Assembly (NCBI GenBank): GCA_030264375.1 | Contig: JASCQW010000061.1 | Location: forward strand, 118,583,046 to 118,647,045 | Origin: Carcharhinus longimanus | Taxonomy: Eukaryota | Direction: 5' to 3' | Length of the DNA stretch: 64,000 nt | In this document: positions 40,220 to 50,842 of the stretch, one piece after another | Position numbering within the stretch: position 1 is the stretch's first letter | Layout: every line of letters starts with the position of its first letter | Program-made: the position numbers and the translations under genes | The notes under the pieces: model-generated | Told to the model about the DNA's origin: nothing | The model's database searches: none | Seen by the model: the letters and a program-made list of their open reading frames with translations, nothing else

Positions 40220-40672
40220 AGACTGCGCTTGCGCCGGGATCGGAGCGTCCGACATTGCGCCTGCGCCCGGATCGGATAATACGACATCGCGCCTGCGCAC
40301 AAAATCTCGCAACCTGACATCGCGCCTGCGCACAAAATCTCACATTCTGACATCGCGCCTGCGCCCAAAATCTGAGAACCTGACATCGCGCCTGCGCACA
40401 AATTCTGAGGGCCTGACATCGCGCCTGCGCACAAAATGAGAACCTGACATTGCGCCTGCGCAGTAAGAAGTCTGACAACACCAGGTTTAAGTCCGACCAA
40501 TTTATTTGATAGTAAACTCACTATCAAATCAAACTTCTTACTGTCTTTACCCTAGCCCAACGCCGGCATCTCCACATCATTGCACCTGCGCGCAGACCGC
40601 GCCTGCCCCAAAACCTGATAACCTGACACTGCGCCTGCGCGCAGAACCGGCAGCCGGTACACGCGTCTGCGC
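40220..40672. repeat. ~33-bp minisatellite (core TGACATCGCGCCTGCGCACAAAAT plus variable linker), interrupted by a Penelope fragment
   Basis: GCGCCTGCGC at 40257, 40289, 40322, 40355, 40388, 40421, 40452, 40631; degenerate units near 40224, 40581, 40598, 40662. Confidence 0.92.
40461..40579. mobile_element. Mini Penelope insertion inside the promoter minisatellite
   Basis: CAGTAAGAAGT...ACTTCTTACTG inverted pair plus terminus GCATCTCCACATCA. Flanking CATTGCGCCTGCGC / CATTGCACCTGCGC is a 14-bp duplication with one mismatch. Confidence 0.78.
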
Positions 40673-41080
40673 AGCAGCCTCTCAAGGGCTGAGTGAGTGA
40701 CAGGCAGTGGATTTAGTTCAACCATTTGGAGAATAGAGTCATGGTCATTATATCAATGAGGCAGGCAGAGAGAGACTGAGGACAACTGGTGTGTTTCAGA
40801 CAAGTAGAGGAGACTAAAACAGAATTCTTTAAAACTGTATTCAGTATGTAAACAGCAAACCCAGCTGGAAAAGGGGCAGCTGTGGATTTAGTTGTAGATC
40901 GTAAATCAGGGCAAGTGGAAGAACATTTTGGTGATAATATTCATAATTCAGTCAGGTTTAGCACAGCTATTGAAAAGGATAAAAATAAACCAAGAGTAAT
41001 AATTTTTAAATTATGGAAAGTTCTGTTTTAATAAATTAAAGTGAACCGGAAGCCTCTAATTGAAATTTGATGAGCGTCGG

Positions 41081-42516
41081 AACATAAGAACATAAGAAGT
41101 AGGAGCAGGAGTGTTAGTTTTGTCACCGGCCGTATCCGCCAGATACCCGCTAGCGTGGCAGCCACCAGACAACTCTTGGTTTCGTTGNNNNNNNNNNNNN
41201 NNNNNNNNNNNNNNNNNNNNNNNNNNNNNNNNNNNNNNNNNNNNNNNNNNNNNNNNNNNNNNNNNNNNNNNNNNNNNNNNNNNNNNNCCTCACCAGTACC
41301 CTGTACAGTTGCAGCAAGACCTCCCTGCTTTTATATTCTATCCCCCTCGCTATAAAGGCCAGCAAACCATTTGCCTTCTTGATCACCTGCTGCACCTGCA
41401 GACTGGGTTTTTGCGATTCGTGCACACGGACCCCCAGGTCCCTCTGCACCGTAGCACGCTGCTGCTTTTCACCTTTTAAATAATAATCCCTCCTACTACT
41501 ATTTCTGCCAAAGTGGATAACCTCACACTTGCTTACATTATACTCCATCTGCCAGGTCCTCGCCCACTCACCCAGCCTATCCAGATCCCTCTGCGGACTT
41601 TCCACACCCTCCACGCAATTTGCTTTTTCACTCATCTTCGTGTCATCAGCAAATTTCATCACCCTACACTCAGCCCCCTCCTACCATCTATATAAATGGT
41701 AAGTAGTTGAGGCCCCAGCACCAATCCCTGCGGCACTCTACTAGTCACCAACCGCCAACCAGAATAGCACCCATTGCTTCCAACTCTCTGCTTCCTATTA
41801 GACAACCAATCCTCTATCCACGCTCACACCTTACCCCCAATCCACCCTAACCTTCTGTAGCAACCTTTTATGAGGCACCTTATCAAACGCCTTTTGAAAA
41901 TCTAGAAACACCTCATCCACCGGTTCCCCTCTGTCTACTGCATGAGTCACATCCTCATAGAAATCCAATAAATTCGTCAAACACGACTTCCCTTTAACGA
42001 ATCCGTGGTGCGTCTGCTCGGCCAAACCATTCTTTTCTAGGTGCCTCGCTATTTCTTTGATGATGGATTCTAGCATTTTTCCAACTACAGATGTTAAACT
42101 ATCCAGCCTATAATTCCCTGACTTTTGTCTGCTACCTTTTTTAAACAGCGCCGTAACATTAGCCGTTTTCCAATCTTCCGGCACTTGCCCAGGATCCAGC
42201 AAATTTTGCTAAATAATTACTAAGGCATCCATTATCACCTCTGCCATTTCCTTCAGAACTCTGGGATGTATTCCATCCGGTCCCGGGGACTTGTCCACCT
42301 TCAGTCCCATTAGCCTATCAAGCACTACGTCTTTAGTGACAGTAATCACATTCAGGCCCTCAACTCCTACCATCCTTCTATCTTTAATATCCGGCAAACT
42401 ATTCGTGTCCTCTTCCGTGAAGACCGAGGCAAAAAACTTATTTAAGGCCTCTGCCATTTCCTCATCTCCCACCACTAAATCCCTCCTCTCATCCTCTAAG
42501 GGTCCAACATTCACTC
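41081..42516 (-). mobile_element. Young 5'-truncated CR1 LINE (ORF2 RT)
   Basis: KSPGPDGIHPRVLKE, FLDFQKAFDKVPH and KFADD motifs; (TTCTTATG)n tail at 41081-41100. Confidence 0.92.
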
Positions 42517-44169
42517 TAAAACTGTATTCAGCCTGTAAACAGCAAACCCAGCTGGAAAAGGGGCAGCTGTGGATTTAGTTGTAGGTAGTAAATCTGGGCA
42601 AGTGGAAGAACATTTTGGTGACAGTAATCATAATTCAGTTAGCTTTAGCACAGTTATTGAAAAGGATAAAGATAAACCAAGAGTAATAATTTTTAAATCA
42701 TGGAAAGTTCTGTTTTCATAAATTCAAGTGAACCGGAAGCCTCTAATTGAAATTTGATGAGCACCAGGGCAATGGGAAGAGTTTAAAGAGAACGTGAAAA
42801 GCGTTCAGAAAAATATCCACAAAGAAAAGGGTAAACTTCCAAGTTCTCTGCCCCATCCATGTCACAGAGGATAGACAGTGGGCAAAAACAGACCGCAGAA
42901 AGTAAAAAAAAACTAGCAGCAGGAGTAGGTCATCTGGCCCCTCAGGCCTGTACCACCATTCAATAAGATCATGGCTGATCGTTTTGTGGACTCAGCTCCA
43001 CTTGCCCGCCCGCTCACCACAATCCTTAATTCATTCACTGTTCAAAAATTTATCCATCTATCTTTGCTTTAAGAACGTTCAATGAGGTAGCTTCAACTGC
43101 TTCGCTGTGCAGGGAATTCCACAGATTCACAACCCTTTGGTGAAGAAATTCTTCCTGAACTCAGTCCTTAAGTTGCTCCTGCTAATTTTGTGGCCATGTG
43201 CCCTATGTCTAGTTTCACCTGCCCGTGGAAACAACCTCCCTGCTTCTATCTTATCTATTCCCTTCATAATTTTATATGTTTCTATAAGATCTCCCCTTGT
43301 TCTTAATTCCAATGATTATAATCCCACTCTACTCAGTCTCCTCATAAGCCATGAAGTCTTAGAGGAGTATAGAAGGTACAGGAGTGAAATTGAAATGGTA
43401 ATTATGAGTGGAATATTCTCTGTCCTGTGGATGAATGCTTGAAGGTGGGAATGGAGCAAAAATGGAAAGGAGGGTCAGGTCAGTTGGCCATATATTCCTA
43501 CCTTCAGGTACTTCTTTTCTGATACCAACCAAATAAACTAACTCAAATTAACATAGGGATTCCACCTCCAGGTAACATTGCTGGAGATGGATCATTGTCA
43601 GTTGCTGCTTCCCACCTGGCAGAGTCAGATCGCCAATAATGTATTAATTAGTGAGGATAATTGGAGTAACCTCCCAATGAGTGACAAACCCTACAGCTCC
43701 GTGGAGGCAAGCTCTCAGTGCAGAAGGCTCCACACCCCAATTATGGGGCCACAGGCAGGAAAGGTCAGAGTCATGGCCCAAACAATTCCTCTGAAAATGT
43801 TTCCCCTCCATCCCAAAGGAGCTTTCTGGCTTCAGTCCTCACTTGGTTTGATATTTTGGTGTGCCTTTAAGGGGACTTGCATTTTGAGGCCTCTGATTGG
43901 GACTGCTGCCTCAGGAACCCACCCACCATCCTTAATTGGAGTTTAGAAGAATGAGAGGGAACCTTATAGAGACATGTAGGATTCTCAGGGGTCTTGACAG
44001 TGTAGATGCTGAGAGATTGTTTCCTCTTGTGGGACAGTCTAGGACCAGAGTGCATAATCTCAGAATAAATGTTGCCCATTTAAAACAGAGATGAGAAGAA
44101 AGTTCTTCTCTCATGGGCTAGTGAATCTGTGGAATTCTCCACTGCTGAGAGCTGTAGGGGCTGAGTCAC

Positions 44170-44930
44170 GGGCCACGATTCTCCCATTGTGGCCTGCCAC
44201 CTTTCTGGCGGGTCTGGCCAGGTGACACATGCCTGCGGCCTGGAACAGGGATTTGTGCACGCACTGGGAAAGCATGCGCATCTCCCAGAGCCGGGGAACG
44301 GTTGCTGTCCAGACTACGCTAGAAACTGGTGGGAAGGCAGATAACTAATTTAAATCTGTTTTTAATCCACTTTAGATATATATTTTTGTTAATTATCAAA
44401 TCTCCCATTCCACCAAGGTTACTTCATTTTGGCGGGATTCAGAATAGCTTCCCACGTTAAGGGAGTTTGTGGGAGACCCTGCTGGAATGAAGGGGGCAAT
44501 CGAGGGGCCCCCCCACTGTCCCTCGCTGGCTCTGCCCAAGGGGCAAAATGCCCATGCCCAGAAGGCACCTTAGCACTGCCCACCAGGCATCGGGTCGATT
44601 GTGAGTGGGGCCTAGGTTCAGTTGGTGAGGGTGGGAGTCCTGCTGCCACTCTGCATTGGGATCAGTCCAGGATGGGGAGAAGGCAGCGATTGGGCTGGCC
44701 AGCAAACGGGTGTTTGACAGTTTGGGGCCACTGCGCGTGCACAGAGCTCCAGAACTATCAAACTCGGACGTGAGTAGACCCAGTTGCCCTTGGGTTTTTA
44801 ATGAGATTCCCGACTGGGACCTCTTCAATGCACAAAGTGCAGAGATTCAGGTGAGAAACTGAACTGTCAGAACAGGCGGGATTTAGAACAGTTTTCCTGC
44901 CAATTCAGCACTTTTGGGAGAATTGCCCCT
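44170..44930. mobile_element. GC-rich non-autonomous TIR element inserted in a CR1 3' region
   Basis: Ends GGGCCACGATTCTCCC / GGGAGAATTGCCCC; AT-rich core at 44340-44400; the CR1 sequence is continuous on both sides. Confidence 0.7.
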
Positions 44931-47741
44931 GTTAAGTCTGTTCATGACTGATTTTTAGTCAATAAGGGAATCAAGAGTTATGGGGATAAGGTGGGAAAAT
45001 AGAGTTGAGGATTATCACATTAGATCAGTCATGATCTCTTTGAATAGCAGCAGAGCAGGCTTGATGGACCAGATAGCCCCCTTCTGTACTGTAGGGATTC
45101 CTAAGGAAGAGTTGAGGTCAAGTAAAGATCAAGTAACGTGAGGAAGAGCAAGATGGAGTAGTTCTTAGTGAATAATTTGTTCCAGATTTCACAAAAGAGT
45201 GGGACAAAACAGACATTGGAGTGTCAGGAAAAATAGTGAAATCTAATGAGGTGGAATACATTCCGGTTATATAGTCTTAAAAACTATCAGAAAATCTAAG
45301 CTGCCTAACAGCAGGGGCAGTTTAGTTGTGTTAATGGAACTAGTGTTTTTTGCGATGTTGATGAGCCGAACAGCCCTACAAACAGATGTTGACCTCAGGC
45401 ACGCNNNNNNNNNNNNNNNNNNNNNNNNNNNNNNNNNNNNNNNNNNNNNNNNNNNNNNNNNNNNNNNNNNNNNNNNNNNNNNNNNNNNNNNNNNNNNNNN
45501 NNNNNNNNNNNNNNNNNNNNNNNNNNNNNNNNNNNNNNNNNNNNNNNNNNNNNNNNNNNNNNNNNNNNNNNNNNNNNNNNNNNNNNNNNNNNNNNNNNNN
45601 NNNNNNNNNNNNNNNNNNNNNNNNNNNNNNNNNNNNNNNNNNNNNNNNNNNNNNNNNNNNNNNNNNNNNNNNNNNNNNNNNNNNNNNNNNNNNNNNNNNN
45701 NNNNNNNNNNNNNNNNNNNNNNNNNNNNNNNNNNNNNNNNNNNNNNNNNNNNNNNNNNNNNNNNNNNNNNNNNNNNNNNNNNNNNNNNNNNNNNNNNNNN
45801 NNNNNNNNNNNNNNNNNNNNNNNNNNNNNNNNNNNNNNNNNNNNNNNNNNNNNNNNNNNNNNNNNNNNNNNNNNNNNNNNNNNNNNNNNNNNNNNNNNNN
45901 NNNNNNNNNNNNNNNNNNNNNNNNNNNNNNNNNNNNNNNNNNNNNNNNNNNNNNNNNNNNNNNNNNNNNNNNNNNNNNNNNNNNNNNNNNNNNNNNNNNN
46001 NNNNNNNNNNNNNNNNNNNNNNNNNNNNNNNNNNNNNNNNNNNNNNNNNNNNNNNNNNNNNNNNNNNNNNNNNNNNNNNNNNNNNNNNCATCCTTCCTGT
46101 AGTGAGGCGACCAGAACTGAGCACAGTCCTCCAAGTGGGGTCTGACCAGCTTATAAAGCTGCAGCATTATCTCCCGACTCCTAAACTCAATCCCTCAATA
46201 TTAGCGATACCTGGAAAGGTGGAACACAGACAGTGACCTAGGCTGAAGTACTTAAATCGTTTTGATGTACGATCAGATAAACACCGGTTTGTTTACTTGT
46301 TCTTTTCAACAATTGATATGATGAATATCAATTATTTAAAATAAATTTGCAAGATGGTTGTAAGTTTGTAAAATGAAGCACAAGGACAAAGTTATTCCTT
46401 GAGCTTGCGTATCGAGTATAGTGAGAAATCTGTACATTAAAGCAGCACAACTGAGGATATTTTTAAACAATCATTGATAGCTGCAGCTTTTTTTTACAGT
46501 ATAAAGAGTGAGGGATTTGAGACATTTGGCCCATGGCAGTTAAACCTTTTGTAACTCCCACACTGTGGGTTAAGGTCCTTGAAACAGCCGAATAGCCCTG
46601 CTGAATCTGGGGNNNNNNNNNNGTTCCCTCCTGTGGGAATTATTTCCCATTCCTTCTCCAGTACTGGCAAAAATTGGACCTTTTGGAAATGGGAGTGGGA
46701 TTTCCACATCCAGGTCCTGCCCATCATTTTCAAAGGTCCAGGAAGTCTTCCCAATTCCATGAAGATCCTGTCCCCACAAGCTGATTGTGTTAGCTCCGTG
46801 CTTTTGTGCAGTAATATCTTCAACCCATAGATGGCACATGAGAACAGCTGACAAACAAAAGGCATACAACAAAAACCTTGTGTCCTTTGCAACCTGTTAA
46901 ATCAGGTGAGGTACAGCATAACTGATTTTAATAGTAATATTTGAATGCAAGAACTGAGCTATGCATCATGTCGTTTCCTCTGGTAAAGTGATTAGGGCAA
47001 GAGTGTGAGACTGCTTGCAACCTTGGTGTCATTTGTGACTGACTTGTTTTTATTAACTCTATAACCTGCACCATCGGTGGGACTGCTTATTTCCACTTGC
47101 AGCCCAGCTCTGTCCCTGCGTGAGCTAACCTGCTACTGAAACATTCATCTGTCCCTCCATCACCTCCAGTCCTGACTACTCCACTGTACAATCTCTCTCA
47201 CTCTGCCCACGAAAAACTTCAAAAGGTGGTCCAAAATTCGATTCCCCCATCACGGAATTGTTATGGTTCAGAAGGGGGCCCTTTGGTCTTTTGTGCTTAC
47301 ACCGGCTCTTCAAACGAGCATAATGTATCGTATCTGAACTCGTTCCACGCTTCATTCACCTCTCACCCCAGTGCTTGCTGGCCTACATTGGCTGCTGGTT
47401 AAACAGTGCCTCAGTTTTAACACTCAAGTTCCTGCATGGCCTTGCCCCTACATGTCACTGTAGCCTCTAGTGCCACTACTGTCTTAGATATCCTCCACTT
47501 CTGGGCTTCTGAGTGTTCTGACTTAATGACTCCTGCGTTGGTGCCTATAGAATCCCTACGGTGCAGAAGGAAATCATTCAGCCCATTGAATCTGCACTGA
47601 CCACAATTCTACCCAGACCCTATCCCCATAACCCCATGCATTTACCCTAGCTAGTCCCCCTGACACTAAGGAGCAATTTAGCACGGCCAAACCACCTAAC
47701 CCGTTCGTCTTTGGACTATGGGAGGAAACCCACGCAGACAA

Positions 47742-47884
47742 GTTTTTAGAAGTCCAGATCATCATCAACCTGTTCTGGTTCCCCCATGCCGACACTCTAG
47801 TTAAGAAAGCCCACCAACGCCTCTATTTTCTCAGAAGACTAAGGAAGTTTGGCAAGTCGGCTACGACTCTCAACAACCTTTACA
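47742..47884 (+). mobile_element. Rex1/Babar-like LINE fragment
   Basis: NLFWFPHADTLVKKAHQRLYFLRRLRKFG. Confidence 0.7.
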
Positions 47885-48331
47885 NNNNNNNNNNNNNNNN
47901 NNNNNNNNNNNNNNNNNNNNNNNNNNNNNNNNNNNNNNNNNNNNNNNNNNNNNNNNNNNNNNNNNNNNNNNNNNNNNNNNNNNNNNNNNNNNNNNNNNNN
48001 NNNNNNNNNNNNNNNNNNNNNNNNNNNNNNNNNNNNNNNNNNNNNNNNNNNNNNNNNNNNNNNNNNNNNNNNNNNNNNNNNNNNNNNNNNNNNNNNNNNN
48101 NNNNNNNNNNNNNNNNNNNNNNNNNNNNNNNNNNNNNNNNNNNNNNNNNNNNNNNNNNNNNNNNNNNNNNNNNNNNNNNNNNNNNNNNNNNNNNNNNNNN
48201 NNNNNNNNNNNNNNNNNNNNNNNNNNNNNNNNNNNNNNNNNNNNNNNNNNNNNNNNNNNNNNNNNNNNNNNNNNNNNNNNNNNNNNNNNNNNNNNNNNNN
48301 NNNNNNNNNNNNNNNNNNNNNNNNNNNNNNN

Positions 48332-48557
48332 TGCTATCTCCACTCACATTGTCTGCATCTTTAAAACTTGAATAGCAGGTTAGCTGTAAAGACTTGCATT
48401 CTAATTAGTATTCTGTAAACTGTGTGTAACTTTATATGGCCTTCTCTGATCAGAACCTTCCACACGCCTGACGAAGGAACAGCGATTCCGAAAGCTTGTG
48501 GGATTACTATCAAATAAACTGGCTGGACTTTAACCTGGTGTTGTGAGACTTCTTACT
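48332..48557 (+). mobile_element. Penelope pLTR fragment
   Basis: Homologous to 21750-21962. Confidence 0.78.
48464..48501 (+). ncRNA. Minimal hammerhead ribozyme in Penelope-like element
   Basis: ACGC-CUGACGA-A-GGAA cagcga UUCC-GAAA-GC-UU-GUGG. Core intact. Confidence 0.72.
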
Positions 48558-48564
48558 CTATTTG

Positions 48565-48870
48565 GTGGAAAATACCATAGGGGTCCTGAAATTACAGTTC
48601 CAACACCTGGGCAGATCTGGTGACGCATTTCAGTACTCTCCTGCGAGGGAGTCGCACATCATCGTGGCTTGCTGCTCCGCACAGTGGGGAGAACCCAGCA
48701 GACAAGGAAATCGAAGAACTGCATGTCTCTTCTGATGAGGAGGAAGGGGATGACGGTGATGAGCCCTGGGAATCTGAGAAGGCTGGTGAACAGGCCATTG
48801 CACTTGCTAGACAAAGCAGGCATGCTCCCGAGGCCCTCACTGCCAATAGATTCCAGGATAAGGATGGCCA
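48565..48870 (+). mobile_element. PIF/Harbinger DDE transposase C-terminal relic
   Basis: Frame from 48565: VENTIGVLKLQFQHLGRSGDAFQYSPARESHIIVACC, matching the Harbinger/HARBI1-type ERTIGxLKxRFRCL..GGALQY..CCxLHN block. After a frameshift, an acidic tail EELHVSSDEEEG...ALTANRF. Confidence 0.8.
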
Positions 48871-50381
48871 CATTTTGCCTCCTTGAGGGAGAATCCCAGT
48901 CCAAAATTTCCTGCAAATCCGTAAGTCAGTGCGTTCAGAAAATGAATGCCTCAACAGAGATTGACAATTCGAGCTATTGACGTTCGGCTCAGTCAATTTG
49001 AACTTTTGATTGTCAGGTGTGGTATTGTTAGATTCTTGTCCTGCATAGACACAGAGCAGTGCAATGAAGTGAAACTTTTATGGAAAGGAAACAAAGGAAT
49101 CATTCAACACTTTGGAAATTACTTCTTTTCTATTAGATATGTTCATTTAAACTTGCAATTAATGGGATTGAAACAAAACAATGGGACCTTTCACAGTATT
49201 TGCTTCAATTCACTTATGTAAAACTAATCTGAAGTTAAAATGATGACCCTCCTTTATCATTTTACAGTGGAAGATTCTTAATGACATAATTGATTTTATT
49301 ATCAAGCCCATGATTAATTTTTTTATGACTTGCAATCATTAGTGAAGAGCAATAAACAATACTCAGTTGAAGCGTTTAGTATCTTGCTGAGTAAGGATGA
49401 TAAGTTTTCTGCAGATCCATATGCTAATTGGAATAACAATGGTCTTCTTGTCTGATACTTTCACCACAAAGATTTAAGGTCCATGGTATTTGGGTAACAG
49501 CCTTTAAAAGAAAGGTCGCCCTCTATTAGAAAATAATATATTAAGCTGTAGCTTAGTCAGACACGGGGTGCTGTAGCACTTCCATTTTGTAACTCATGCC
49601 TAAACATCAATGTTATTCTTAACAGAGTCTCACTGTGACTTAAGATGCTATCCTTCCACCCTGGAGACAACTCAATTGCAGCCTGGTAGAATGAAAATTT
49701 TCACCTGATGCTGTTCACAGTGTAATGTAGTCATAAGTCATGAGTGAAGAGCATACATTTCCATCTTTTACTTCTGATATTGAGCTTCATATTGCCTTTC
49801 CAGGTTTTCTGGCCAATAAAAGAAGACAGCAATGACATGTTGAATCTGTCAAGGGTGGAATATGTAGTTAAATATAATCAGAATAAAATTACATTAACAG
49901 CACCTCTGGGGATGTTCACTAGATTAATTATTGGGATGAATGGTTTCTTTCATTCTTTCGTGGGATGTGGGCATTGCTAGTTGGGGTAGCATTTATTGCC
50001 CATCCCTAGTTGCCCTTGAGTGGCTTACTAATGGTAAATTTCCTTCCCTAAAGGAAAGTGAGCCAGGTGAATTTGTGCAACAATCAACATCATGACCATC
50101 ATTAGATTTTAACTGAATTCCAATTTCACCATGCTCCCATTAAATATTTGGGAGGATCAGATGTTGAGAGTCCAACTGGCAATATGCCAGATACTGTCGC
50201 ACTTCATAGCAAACCAACCAAGTTGGCAGAATGGCTCAAGGGAGCCATCTTTGGAGTGTGGGAGGAAACCATAACACCCAGAGGAACCCCACACAGAACA
50301 AGGAGAACATCCACACAGATAGTCACCCAAGGCCCGGGTCCCTGGCGCTATGAGGCTGCAATGCTAACCACTAGTAAACAC

Positions 50382-50842
50382 TGTTATCGGACAACAAATT
50401 TTATGAAATTGGGCACACAAAATGGAAGCAGACTAAAGCTATCNNNNNNNNNNNNNNNNNNNNNNNNNNNNNNNNNNNNNNNNNNNNNNNNNNNNNNNNN
50501 NNNNNNNNNNNNNNNNNNNNNNNNNNNNNNNNNNNNNNNNNNNACCATTGATAACCAACCAGACAAAAACAATTAACACACACTTAAAACAATTGCTCCA
50601 ACACTCGAAAACGTCGAAACAGGATGGCTGAAGTCAAATACTGTAAATAAAGGATTAGCATTTGAAACACGAAGTTCAGGTATAACTATAGCCCATTGCG
50701 GGGGAGTCTTTAGAGCACTTTCTGGACAGTCCGATTGTATGTCCTGACTGTGCTACTCCGTCGACGTAAAGAAAATAAAGCTGTGCCGTTATTGAACTTC
50801 ACCCTGAGTCCGTAGTGGTCGTTTCGCCCACCCGTGCTAACA
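50382..50842 (+). mobile_element. Solo LTR
   Basis: Termini TGTTA...TAACA, 4-bp target-site duplication ACAC (50378-50381 and 50843-50846), TATAA near 50681, AATAAA near 50774; internal N gap. Confidence 0.8.

Larger units (their letters stand above)
39990..40700 (-). promoter_or_regulatory. CpG island / probable MED30 promoter with NRF1-type motif cluster
   Basis: The most CpG-dense GC-rich segment in the window; 9 exact GCGCCTGCGC motifs; lies 5' of the MED30 ATG exon, which has a splice acceptor. Confidence 0.75.

Noticed and set aside
40220-40470. CRISPR-like repeat/spacer pattern and the repetitive ORFs (CAGAMS, CAQARC) over it
   Set aside because: Vertebrate context, no cas genes, and the linkers are short and related to each other. 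It is a minisatellite, and the ORFs are by-products of a 33-bp GC-rich unit.
46570-46850. Minus-strand acceptor-like site and open frame considered as the last SLC30A8 exon
   Set aside because: No ZnT similarity; the true terminal exon is at 54524-54669.
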